NCBI RefSeq assembly: GCF_006345805.1
Contig: NC_043009.1
Location: forward strand, 62,496,001 to 62,560,000
Reading direction: 5' to 3'
DNA: 64,000 nucleotides
Source of the DNA: Octopus sinensis
Taxonomy: Eukaryota
The translations under genes and the position numbers were made by a program. The notes under the pieces were generated by a model. The model had not been told where the DNA came from, made no database searches, and saw only the letters and a list, made by a program, of their open reading frames with translations. Each line of letters starts with the position of its first letter. Positions within the stretch are counted from its first letter, which is position 1. This document shows positions 24,039-37,570 of this stretch, in pieces.

Positions 24039-24811
24039 ACATATATATATATATATATATGTATATGTATATATATATATACATGTGTGTGTGTGTAAGA
24101 ATAGATATGATACAGATATATATACACACATATATAGGATACATACATCTGTGTGTATGTTATTATGCATGTCATGGATGCAGACATAACCAAGTGATAA
24201 AGGGTCACAACAATCATGAGGTCCTTGCAGCTGATTTCAGTGTCTCTTGTCAGAGCCTTGCATCAACCCAAAGGCTTGTATGTGAAACTAGCTTAAACAG
24301 AAACTATGGAAGCCCATAGCCACTGTAATTTAAAGAGCCACACTTTTCACTTTCTTGTCATGCTGATTTCACTCAATAATTACATTAAGGATACATGCTA
24401 TGGTGGATTACTTGTTAAATTAATGAGTTATTAGTCCAGTATCAAGCCTGGTCATTTCAAGGCCTCAGTATTCAGCCTATAAACATTAATCTAACAAGTA
24501 AGAAGTCCAGTTGGTTTAACAACATTTATCACCAAAACCAATGAAATGTCCCTCAAAAGTTTGTATTATTTTTATAAATACATATTCATACACATATACT
24601 TACTATACATACATATATAAACATGTATATATATATAATATATACATAATATATATATTATATATATATATATATTATTTATTTATATACCTATATGTAT
24701 TATCTGTCTATGTGTGTGTTTATGTATGGTATGTATGTATATATATATATACATACATCTATATATAAAATATTTCTCTAAATCATTTCTAAATCACATG
24801 AATATACATAC

Positions 24812-24845
<34 letters not shown>

Positions 24846-25411
24846 CATATACATCCATTTATAGGAATACTTACCAAATCATTGTCACGCTAACATTTCA
24901 ATCCCCTTTCTGGTCTGAAGCAAATATTAATTAATTAATTAATAATAATAATTATTATTACAAGCCAAACTCATGTTTGTATGATATACTCTGGGGGTGG
25001 ATGGAACGGAAACAAAAAAGAACAGACATAATGAAAGGAAAGAAGACAACACAACCCAGATAATACAATATGTCCAAAACATTATGAAACCGGAAGAACA
25101 AGAAGAACAAGGAAAACAACCAACAGCAACAAGAATTATTCCAAACAAAAGGAGGAGAGGAACCAATTGTTATTCATTCATCTTATTTTTATTTATTTAT
25201 TTATTTACCCTTTTTTTTTTCTTTTTGGTTGTCTTTTAATCCATTCTTTCTTTTTTTTTTTTTTCTCTTTGTACGAAATACGAGGTTTGTATGAGGTTTG
25301 TTATTGTTGCCTCGAAAGGGGCAACCAAGAATATTAAAGGTGATGAGTGGTAACCAATTAAACATTTATAAGCATTTATAAACAGTTATATAAATATAAA
25401 TACATACATAC

Positions 25412-25478
<67 letters not shown>

Positions 25479-25895
25479 CATACATACATATATATATATA
25501 TATATGGACACGCGCACACACATATATGCATATGTGTACATACTCATATATACACACATACATATATATATCTATAATATATATGTATGTGTATAGTTTT
25601 ATATATATATACACTTATATACATATACATGTATGTGTGTATCAGTGGTGCTTCTTGGTGCATAAACCTGAGCATGCAATATTAAAGATCAAAAAAACGA
25701 TATAATTTAAATAGGGTGTACACCTAGCCTGCATGTACCCACTTTCCAGGTGTCCCTTTTGGGAATGTAAGGATTTACATAAGAAATTGATTTCATTCTA
25801 TTATGCATTCACTATCACAACTTGTGCATGTCATTGCGTGCCTTGATTTTATCTAGGAAATGCCACTGATGTGTGACTGTGTGTATGTGTATGTA

Positions 25896-25955
<60 letters not shown>

Positions 25956-26914
25956 AACACACACATATATATTCATATATATATATATATGTATATACTT
26001 ATATATATATACATATATGTGTATATACATGAATATACATAGATATACATACACATACACATACGCACACACATATAAATATAGCATTTAGTCGGGAGGG
26101 AAGAGCAGTGCTCAAGACCCATAAGAGGGTTGTAGTTTGTTTTTAGTTGTTTGTTTTTATTTTTTTTCAGTGTCATTAACTCTTATGGATGGAAGTTAGT
26201 AAGTTCTCAAATTGGAGATCCGTAGACTTGTTGTGTTGAGGAAACAACTATGATAAAGTTTTGATTATTTTTCACTAAAGATTTTTCTTTTAAACATTGA
26301 CAGTCCTACGGACTATGTTGTTTTGGGGTTTTTTTTTCACCTCAAACTAAACAGAAAGGACTTATTTAGTAAGCTTAGAGAATCTTGAAGAAACTATTAA
26401 GCTTAAATCATATTTGTGACTTCAATATAACACGCGTGAAAGAAAACCTGTACCCCATATATATGTTATATATATTATAATATATATAGATATATATATA
26501 TGAAATTTATCTTTACTCTCTATTTTGATAGTAACAGTTTAATATTACATTGTATTATTCATTTTTTCCATTACTATTCATAACCAAACCATATCAACAG
26601 AACAGATACATATATACATGTGTATGTGTATACGTATACACATACATTTTGTACATATATATATATTTACATACATATATGTGTGCACATATATGTATGT
26701 AAATATATATATATGTAACACATAGGTATATAAAATCTATGCATACACATATATAAATGTACATATATATAATATGTATACATACATACATTTTTATGTA
26801 CATATATATATGTATATATATATATTCACATATGTATGTATATATATATAATGTGTGTGTGTATGTACACATACACATATGTATATACATATATATATAT
26901 ACACACATAAACGT

Positions 26915-26960
<46 letters not shown>

Positions 26961-27149
26961 ATATGACATTCACACATATATGTATATATGTAATCTGGCA
27001 GGGGGTGGGATAGATTTTATTCTTTTTGTTGTTGTTATTTGTTGTAGAGGATTATGGTGGGACAACATATTTCATTGTTTGCGAGGGAAGTATCAGCACT
27101 GAGATGCAACAGCAGTCACATCTTCTGTAATATGCATTTGATATTACAC

Positions 27150-28140
27150 ATGAGGTGTGTGACATGATATGTAACATACAAGTCATGTTACAGTAGGTTC
27201 TTTTTTTTTTCAAGCCTAATATATGAAATACAGTCTATGTTATGCTGGTAATTTGTAACAATATGTAACATAAAGCTGTAACAGTATGCGACATAAAGCT
27301 GTAACAATATGTGACATAAAACTGTAACAATATGTGACACTAGAGTTGAAGGGTTGTGTAATATAGTGTTGTGGTCACAGTAACAGTTACTAACACAATG
27401 TGTTACTCTGATATGAAGATTACACAAGAATGTAGTGGTAGTGTAACATAGATTTTTGTGTGTTACACTAGCATTAATTAACTAGTGTAACATAATGTTG
27501 GTGTTACACTAGAGTTTAGAAATAGTGTAACATAGTTTCGATGTTACAATATGTAGTAATATTTCTGTTTAAAATAAAGTTGCTGTTATGTTAGATTTTT
27601 GTGAGGAAGTAACATATTGTTGTTGTTACATTGGAGTTTGTACCGATAAAACATGCAATCGGTGTTACACTACCTGTGCCAGTTGGTCACATACTACATA
27701 GCATTATGATATGAAACATTTTATTGCTGTTACACAAGTATTTGATGACGATACATGACAGCTTATATAACAAATTTTGTTGGTGTTACACTACAATTGT
27801 GTAATAGGATGTGTAACAAGTGCTCAATGTTACATTGCAGTTTTGTAACATGTGTAACAAATAATGTTTGTATTACATAAAAGTTTGGTGACACTTTGTA
27901 ACGAGTGGTCTGTGTTACATAACTGTACGGTGATGTTATGTAACCAGTGGTGTGTGTTACATAGCAGTTTTGTGACATTGTGTGTAACAAGTTGAATGTA
28001 TAATATAACAGTTTTGTAACACTATGTAATAAGAGGTTTGTGTTATATGAAGATCTGTCATGCTGTCTACAATAAAGCAATTATTATCATGACATAATAA
28101 CGCAGAACCTCCTGTTACATATGTTACTGCTGTTACCACT
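27150..28140. repeat. Degenerate TGTAACA/TGTTACA motif array
   Basis: Dozens of copies of the motif in both orientations. Confidence 0.65.
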
Positions 28141-29771
28141 TATATATGTATTGTATTGTAATAATGATCTGTGGTTGCTGGCACAACAAACCAGCTTCTC
28201 AACCAGTGGACAGAGTTGAAATGGACAGTCTAGTGAGCCCAAGTGACCGCTACATCACTGAGGATAAACCACCAATGGCCCGAGGAGCTTACTGTTAGTC
28301 TGATGGTGGCATAATCTATATTATTTTGTAACCCTTGATAAAGATTGCCTGGTCCGCATAAACTGACCATTACATAGAATGAGAGGTACATTCATTTTAT
28401 ACACACGTGGTGTTGTGGGAGAAGGTCAGTATATGAAAGATGTGTAAATGAAGATGACCAGCTACTTACCTTTATTGGCTGATATGCACAAATTAATCGC
28501 CTTTCACTGACCACTGGGCTTCTGATCCCCCCTGTGAAAGTGCTCATCTCTTAATAAATGTTGACCACTTTAAATCTAGAACACATTCTGCCTGCTAGGG
28601 CAGTAGAAGCAGTCGTGGTGGTCACTTCAACACACTTATATCCACTGTATATCTGAAGATGGTCTCTAGAGAAACTGAATGACAAATGAAAAAATAAAAA
28701 ATTCTGATCTAACAAAAGCTTTGCAGTATATTACCTTTCTTTCCATTTCTTTCACCATCTTGTTCTCTGGATCAAATCCAGTGCTTGGTAGCGCAGAAGA
28801 TGCTGTTTATGGGGTAGGGCAGCTATTCCACTTTACTCAACTAAAATTCTTCATCACTCATATTTTCAATAAAGCTTTGTGTGTATGTACATGTATGTAT
28901 GTACGTATGTACATATGTCTGTATGCATATATGTATGTAGGTATGTGTGTGTATTAGTGTATGTATGTTAAAATCTCTCTGTAAGTTGTATGCATCTTAA
29001 TAATGCTAGAGTATAATGTGTGTATGTGCAACATGAATGCTTACTATACATGATACACACATGTAGTGTATATATGTGGTTGTATGTCTTTATGTCTATC
29101 AGTCAATACGCCTATATATTAGTGTATGGTGCATGTCTGTGTGATGCACATGTGCATGTGCATATGCACGTCTGCATGTATGCGTGGACATGAATGCCAA
29201 TCCATTCTACCCGGCTCAATCTTCTTCTACCCCATACAACAGCAATTAAGCAAAGTACAATTATCTCCCCCTGTCTCTCACCCTCTCCTTTGTATATATA
29301 TATATATATTTGTGAGAGTGTGTGTGTGTTCATATTCTAAATATGCACACACACACATACGCAAAAATATATATACATATGTAAACATAAAGAGATATGT
29401 ATTTATTCACATAAACATGTATGTTTAAGCCAAAGGCCCTTTAATATTCACTGCTGTCATCCCTGGTTGCAATCCTATCCAATTAAAAAAAAAAACTAAC
29501 TTTTCAGACAAGGTGGGGGAGGGGGGCTGAGGCAGGGGAGAGCGGAAAGATGGTGAAATGAAATGCAAGCAAAGTAAATATAAAAGCAATCCCGTTGTCA
29601 TCATCGTCATCATCATCATCATCATCATCATCATCGTTATCATCCCTAGCATCGCCATCATTAAAATCGTCTCCATCGTCATCGACATCAACACCATGGT
29701 CATCACCAGATAAAGCATTGTTTTGCCTCTCCTTTAATTAACCACAACTTCACTCCTCTCTTTCTTTAACC

Positions 29772-29921
<150 letters not shown>

Positions 29922-30237
29922 ATATATATATATACATACACACATACATGCATATATGTGTGTGTGTAGGTGTATATATATATATACATACATACATTTT
30001 TATTACTCCCAGTTTCTATTTCACAGCCTATCTCTATTAATCTTTTCTCCTCTCTCTCTCTCTCTCTCTTTCTGCATACATACATTTATATATACACACA
30101 CACACACACATGTATGTATGTATATATACATATACATAAAGTGTAATTTCAAATTTTGTGACTGATTCTCAAATTAAATTAATATATATCTTTTTTCCTT
30201 CTTATTTACACTGCAGTTTTGCATTCAAGTATCTACA

Positions 30238-30268
<31 letters not shown>

Positions 30269-30417
30269 CTTTTTTTGTCTCATGAATATACTCTTTTCTT
30301 ACTTTCTATCTCAATATATATATGTATATATATATACGTATATATATATATCCCGTTTTTGTCTCTCATGAATATACTCTTTTCTTACTTTCTATCTCAA
30401 TCTACATATATATATAT

Positions 30418-30449
<32 letters not shown>

Positions 30450-31519
30450 CTTATGTGTTCATATATATGTATGTGTTACTGGGTATGTATCTATCGTGTG
30501 CCTGCACATGCACAAACATGTACACAGATACACATACATACATACACATATATATATATATATATGTATAAGCAACCAGGAGAACCACCATGTCAAATTC
30601 TATGATTATCCAATTTCAACCACATCCACTCATTTTTCTCTGTAACTCCAATAAAACATTTTAATCTTAACAATTTTGGTTTTGTTGTTCTTCCTTATCC
30701 ATCTTTTTTCTGTGAGCTGAGTCTTACTGAATATAACATATGAATGACCATGGGATTATACCTAGAAAGTTACCTATTTCTTTATTACCCACAAGGTGCT
30801 AAACACAGAGTGGACAAACAAGGACAGACATAGGTATTAAGTCGATTACATCGACCCCAGTGCGTAACTGGTACTTAATTTATTGACCCCGAAAGGATGA
30901 AAGGCAAAGTCGACCTCGGCGGAATTTGAACTCACAACGTAACGCAGACGAAATACCGCTAAGCATTTCGCCTGGCGTGCTAACGTTTCTGCCAGCTCGC
31001 CGCCTAGAAAGTTACCCTCTGATGCACAGCTACCATCTGAGGCACAGTTACCCTCTGAGGCACAAGTCAGGCAAGATTGTTTATGGAAGACTAGCAGTCA
31101 CCCGTGCATGACCTGCCTACCTTCTTCACGCCATGAATGTCATCCAAGAGAATGGCAAAGGCTGATGCAGCCTGGCACCAGTGACATTGCAACTCATTTC
31201 TGCAACTGAGTGAACTGGAGCAACATGAAATAAAATGTCTTGCTCAAGAACACAACACAACACAGCCTAGTTTGAGAATTGAACTAACTACCTTGTGATT
31301 GTGAACCTGAAACTCTAACCACTGAGCCATCAACCTTCACATAACATACAACCATACATACATATATAATTATTACTAAATCATTACAATATTAGACAGA
31401 ATGCTTTGTCGTGTTCATTCTGGTGGGTTGTGAGTTCAATTCCTGCCAAGGCCAACTTTGTTGCTTTTCATCTTTTCCAGTTCAATAACTATAGAACTAA
31501 TTATGGATCTGGGTCGATC

Positions 31520-32109
31520 TCTGTCTGTCTCTCTCTCTCTCTTACATACACACACACACACTCTCCTGTCTCTCTCACTCACACACACACCCTCTCTCCT
31601 CTCTCTCACATACACACTCTCTCTCTCTCACACACACAGTCCCTCACACACACTCTTTCTCTCTCTCCTGTCTCTCTATCTCACACACACACACACACCT
31701 GTCTCTCTTCTTTCTTTCTTTCTCTATCAATCTATCTATTTCCATCTCTCTCTCACATACACTATCCCTCACACACACACTCTTTCTCTCTCCTCTCTCT
31801 TCCTCTCTCTCTCTCTCTCTTTATCTATCTATCTATTTCCATCTCTCTCACATACACTGTCCCTCACACACACTGCGAGTGAAAGAACCTGTTTAATCGG
31901 GAATGTAGAAAAGGAGAAAGCAAAGTCTTCAGTGTGAGTATGTGGTTTGTGGGGTCAACCGCATCCTCCACTTCATTTTTTGTTAATCACTCATTCTCAT
32001 TTAATTGTATATATTTTGTTTGTTTATTCAAATGTTTCGTCTCATTCGATACCCTGACCCCCAACGTTTGTTTTGTCCCTTCTTTTTCTCAACCTTATGG
32101 TGAATAAAG

Positions 32110-32172
<63 letters not shown>

Positions 32173-32200
32173 ATCTATCTATCTCTATCTCTCTCACACG
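31520..32200. repeat. (CT)n/(CA)n low-complexity tract
   Basis: Direct inspection; source of the SLSHTHT ORFs. Confidence 0.9.
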
Positions 32201-32488
32201 CACTCAGACACACTGAAAGAAATCAGCATCCCAACAATTCCATCAGCAGTTAATGCCTCACCACCATCGCTATTATTCGTGTGTGTGTGTGTAAAGCTCT
32301 TATCAATGGACAGTATTTAGAAACCTGTTAACTAGACCCTACAGCTAATTCAAATGTGTAGCCTTGTCACACTGATTCCCGTTAAGGATGCGTGTGTCTG
32401 TGGAACCCTCGGCCAGTTTATTCGCTAATTCAATGAACGGCATGCTAAAGCCTCTCTTTTTTTCTCCCTTCGGGCGAATCCATAGTAA

Positions 32489-32530
<42 letters not shown>

Positions 32531-33714
32531 GTGTTGTTGTTATTGTTAGATTTTATTCTTTCATTTCCCAATTTTCAGCAAATGTTTTAAATTTATTTAT
32601 TTATTTATTTATTGGCACTTGCTTAAAAAGAAATACAGGGGACGTAAATCTTTAAAAACTATTATGCTGCTGTCGTTATGAGTTACTTCCCTTTCTTTCC
32701 CGTGCCTTCTGCTATTCGATTAATTCTTAATATCCGTATCAAAAAGCTAATTCTTCTTCCCAAATCTTACGGATCCATGGACCCATGGTTTAACCCCAGT
32801 TTACATCGAGTTAAAAGCTAAATATCACCCAAAATAGGATGCTGAGAGGGTTTTTTTTTTCCAAGTCAGAAAACAATTATAAATTGTCAGTTGTGAACCT
32901 TTACGATGCAGTTCCGGTGACAGGGGACAAATGCTGATTGTTCCACTTGTCCAGTGCTTGTCCCTATCATGTGGGCAGTTACAGCTTACTCCCTGGGGAC
33001 ATGTATACATGTTTTATTGTTTCATAAACCATGTGTTTTAATAGTAAAATATAAATTTTTAACATTGGCAAAGAAGCAAAATATTTCGGTCAATTGATTC
33101 GTCTCCAGTACATTATCAGTTGGGTATCATTTTTTCTTTTTTTTTTTTTTATTATTATAATTAAACGGAGAAGTATTTGGAATTAACGGGGCACTAGCAA
33201 GATTTGAACTCAGGGCGCAAAAAGACCTAACTATGTGCTGAAAGACGTCTTTTAGAGCATTCTATCTGCGTTGTCATTCCACTATCGTATTATATTTTAT
33301 AGTATAAATCTTATAACAAAGTTCACAATAATAGCTTAGTAATAAGGAACTTCAATGGAATTTATTTTACCGAACCCTCGGGGGTATTTTTAATGAGAAA
33401 TCGATCACTGTGTTTTGAACTCGAAATGTAAGGAAATGCAGTTTTAATACCACAAAATGTAGACAGTGGCTCTATTGTAATTTATTTCATTGTCGCATAC
33501 TCTAATACGAATTAAGTCAACAAGTTCATTGAAGCAATGCAATATATATTGTTGCTTGATATAATTAACTTGTTCCTAAGTATTTGTGATTTATAACTAA
33601 TAAAATTACGGGAAGGAAATCGAATCTGTTCGTGAAATCTTTAACGTCAGTCACTGAACAACGAGGAATAACCGTTAGAATGTGTTGCTTCGGAAAATCT
33701 TGTTGTTTGTGAAG

Positions 33715-33730
33715 CCACGTGACACGTGAC
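33715..33730 (+). promoter_or_regulatory. Tandem E-boxes (CACGTGA-CACGTGAC) ~140 bp upstream of paralog A
   Basis: CACGTG at 33716-33721 and 33723-33728; the second is in the CACGTGAC context preferred by USF/MITF-TFE factors. Confidence 0.45.
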
Positions 33731-33869
33731 TTGGCACCATGGTCAACGTGAAGCTGCGTTTGTCGCAGAATTAGTTTTTGTTTTGTTTTGTTTTATTATG
33801 TTCTTTGACGGTTATATTTTGTACAAGTATCATCGATAGTCGACAAGACGGGGTAGAAACAATAAAATA

Positions 33870-35387
33870 ATGTCTCACTTGCACTTCAAATCTGGACCAA
33901 CACGGTCAGATATGAGTGAAATGTACAAAATGCTTCGGAATACAAGCCAACAAATCGATAAAGGTCTCAAAGTCATGATGGCACAACTGAGAGAGGAGCT
34001 TTTCTCCAATGCAATGTTTACAGAAATTGCCGAGTTGGACGGAGATAAGATGCAGAATCTACTGATGGAAATGAAGACAATTATTGATGCAGATCAGCTG
34101 ACTGAAGTAAGAGATATAATGGAGCCGAAAGCGATTCACGCCTCGAATAAAGATTTGAATATGAATAACGAGAACTATTCTGAAGAGCCGAACCAATATA
34201 ATGATTACAACATCGAAGAACTGTCATTACCGGTTTTACCAGAGTTTGAAAAAGAAACGCAAGAAGATACAGAAGACACATTGAACGAAGCTAATCAGAC
34301 AAGAGAAACTACTAAAAACGATGTGGAATATATTAATAATGAAAACGAAAGCCACCAAAGTATGATATTTACTGTTTCGCCGTCGACTGGTTCACAAATA
34401 TCTAGTGATGAAATGGCTGAAGAGACTGACGAAGCAGAAATGACATTTTTATTGCATCCCTCTCCTATATCTTCAGCAAATGAGGATGACATCCATTATC
34501 ATGTGCAGTCTCTGAGTGATATGCTTCAAACTGAACATTTGGCAAACCTGACGAAAAGGAAATATTCATTCTGGCACGCAGTAAAAAATTTTCACTTAGC
34601 TGAACTAAATATGAATTGGAGCAATGTGAATCCACCTCTAGTGTATATGATCTCTACAACTGAAACGTCTCAAGGGAGTAAATCAGCCATTGAAGAATTA
34701 GCAGAATGCTTGACGACACTCTGTTTCAAAATGGAAACAGTGATTCTGCTGCAAAAAGTTCAAAAAAACATTTCCAAGTATAAACAAATTGACGAAATCA
34801 TGCAGAATCTTTTCAAATTTTACAGTAGCGGGGAAGTTTGTAGACGCCTCATTGAGTTATGGCGTGTTGGGACAGACGCTGAGGAAATTACATCGTTTTT
34901 GACGTGGAATTCAAAAGAAGAATGGTATAGTAATAATGTCTGGTCCTGCTTCAAGAATGATCCAAGAGATTCCAGAAAGAATGTCAATTGGCAATTGAAA
35001 ATAAATAGTGATCAATCAAAACGCTCCAGACTTCCTGAGCAAATTACAAATCGAACCAAACGAAGGTCTTTTCGCCAAACTGTTTATCCAAGAGAGACGA
35101 AATATCAAGGAAGGAATTATAAATTTAGGAGTGACTCAGTTATTGTCACCAAAAGAAAATCTAAAGAATCTAATGCAAAATGCAATTATATACACGTGAA
35201 TTCGCTGGAGTCGAAGACTCCAAAAACTGAAAGGAACTACAGGCGAACCACACGCCACATCAGAACCGTACACTGCCAGAGGAAAAAGAATTTCTCGAAT
35301 GATAATTATCCAAACCATTCCTATAGTGCCATGCGAGAGATACACTGTGCTGATATGCGTCGTGGAGCTAGGAGATTCTTAAAGTGA
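33870..35387 (+). CDS. Intronless 505-aa ORF of unknown function (paralog A): helical N-terminus, acidic linker, conserved 139-aa core, basic tail
   Basis: 1.5-kb uninterrupted non-repetitive ORF with ATG start. Its core is 82/139 identical (manual count) to the ORF at 41735, without gaps. Confidence 0.82.
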   Translation: MSHLHFKSGPTRSDMSEMYKMLRNTSQQIDKGLKVMMAQLREELFSNAMFTEIAELDGDKMQNLLMEMKTIIDADQLTEVRDIMEPKAIHASNKDLNMNNENYSEEPNQYNDYNIEELSLPVLPEFEKETQEDTEDTLNEANQTRETTKNDVEYINNENESHQSMIFTVSPSTGSQISSDEMAEETDEAEMTFLLHPSPISSANEDDIHYHVQSLSDMLQTEHLANLTKRKYSFWHAVKNFHLAELNMNWSNVNPPLVYMISTTETSQGSKSAIEELAECLTTLCFKMETVILLQKVQKNISKYKQIDEIMQNLFKFYSSGEVCRRLIELWRVGTDAEEITSFLTWNSKEEWYSNNVWSCFKNDPRDSRKNVNWQLKINSDQSKRSRLPEQITNRTKRRSFRQTVYPRETKYQGRNYKFRSDSVIVTKRKSKESNAKCNYIHVNSLESKTPKTERNYRRTTRHIRTVHCQRKKNFSNDNYPNHSYSAMREIHCADMRRGARRFLK

Positions 35388-35838
35388 TTCCACAACGAAT
35401 TTAACCAAAATCAAAATATTACAAATTCGGTTCCCACAAGACTTGGTGAATTATTCCGAGCAAAGTGGTGAAATCAAATCGTCTGCCCAGACATTCCCGA
35501 TGGACGATACATCTGATACCTGACTGACCCAGCTTTCTTCTCTTCTTACTTCAGGATTAAATCTCGCCTTCTGGTTTCGGTACGAAGAATATGTGTTTTT
35601 AAAAAAGAAAAGTCATTAACAAACAAAAAAAAATTTAAAAAGAGAAAAGTAAAAATCAAAAAAGAATACATAAATATTTATTTTAAAAAAAACAGGTTGA
35701 ATGGAAATAGTGGTTTTATTAGACTTTCCACAGTGGAATGTTTCTGATATTTGTGAACCACACCCTTAATCCCAAGCATGTGCGTGCGGTCAATCTCACC
35801 CTATCTCTCTGTCTCTTCTATCCACCCCTGCAAATACA

Positions 35839-35891
<53 letters not shown>

Positions 35892-36541
35892 AAACATGTA
35901 CACATATATTTTTACACAGGACAAAAACATACATACAAAAATTTGTACCAAAACAGACAGAATATTTTCAGAAACCAACCCCAGTGGTGCCCTTTTTTCC
36001 AGGAATCTCTGTGATTCAACCGCATTTGGAGAGAGGGTACCCATACTCACCCATACTAGGTAGTGCATAAAACTGCAAGAGCTGCTATATACGAATATAC
36101 CTTACATAGAATGTATATACATGTATGACCACACGTTACGTATGCACGTGTATATACACCAATTAGAAAACATGTATACACATTACGTAACAATTAAGCA
36201 CGTATATACTTTATAGTGCGTAACCTAAACATGCATATATTCACATACTTGTAGATGATAGTATGTGATATACACACATACCTGTATATACATTAACATA
36301 CACACGTTACGAAACATAGACACATACGCATATAACAGAAATATACACATATGAACAGATATGTATGTGTGTATATATATATATATGTGTGTAATTTAGA
36401 CATATATATATATGTATATATATAGATGTATATATAATGTATGCAAATATATGTATATATGTATTTATAAATATGTGTATATATGTGTGTGTGTGTGTGT
36501 GTGTGTATATGTATATATATATATATATGTATGTGTGTATA

Positions 36542-36604
<63 letters not shown>

Positions 36605-37229
36605 CATACATCTGTTATATATATGTGATGGGGGTGGAAATGACAAGTAACAATTTAAGAAGGAATCTAATAAAATGATTCTAAAAATTATATATATAAA
36701 AAATATTACCAGTTTTGATGGTGAATCTCGTTTTATCAAATATCAGTAAAAATTTATAAAAACTTGAAGTAAAAAACAATTCATCTTCTGTCTGGGGGTC
36801 ACAAACATGTTTTTACTTCAAATGTTTATAGATTTTTACTGATATTTGATAAGATGAGATTCATCATCGAAACAGGTAATTTTTTTTTTTTTTTATAATT
36901 TTAAAATCCTTTTTTATTAAATTCCTTCTTAAATTGAAATGTCTTAGATTTACTTCTATGCTATTTCCACCTCCATTAATAAAAATTTGATTTGTATAAA
37001 CCTCTAATCTTTAACCAACTATATATATATATATAATATATATACATGCATACATATAAGTACATATACAATGCGTGTGCACGTGTGTATGAGACTATAT
37101 AATCCACTCCATGATATTTACATTTACTGAGGATCTCTATTAAACCCATGGTATACGATACATAGATTTATTGATGTTATTACCGACTTACACACACGTA
37201 CATGCACGGACATAGATACACCCACGCAT

Positions 37230-37570
37230 GCATATATACATACATATATACATTCGTATATACATGCATGCATGCATACATACATACATACATACATACA
37301 TACATACATACACACATGCATACACACATACATGCATACATACATACATACATACATACATACATGCATGCATACATACATACATACATACATACGTACG
37401 TACGTACGTACATACATACACACATGCATACATACATACATACATACACATACATGCATACATGCATACATACATACATACATACATACATACATACATA
37501 CATACATACATACATACAACATACATACATACATACGTACGTACATACGCACACACACACGTACATATAT
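37230..37570. repeat. (CATA)n tetranucleotide microsatellite
   Basis: Direct inspection. Confidence 0.95.

Noticed and set aside
24939-25239. Short ORFs on both strands
   Set aside because: Purine/pyrimidine-skewed low-complexity sequence with no splice or homology support.
30270-30401. ~44-bp local direct duplication
   Set aside because: Embedded in (TA)n tracts; ordinary slippage product.
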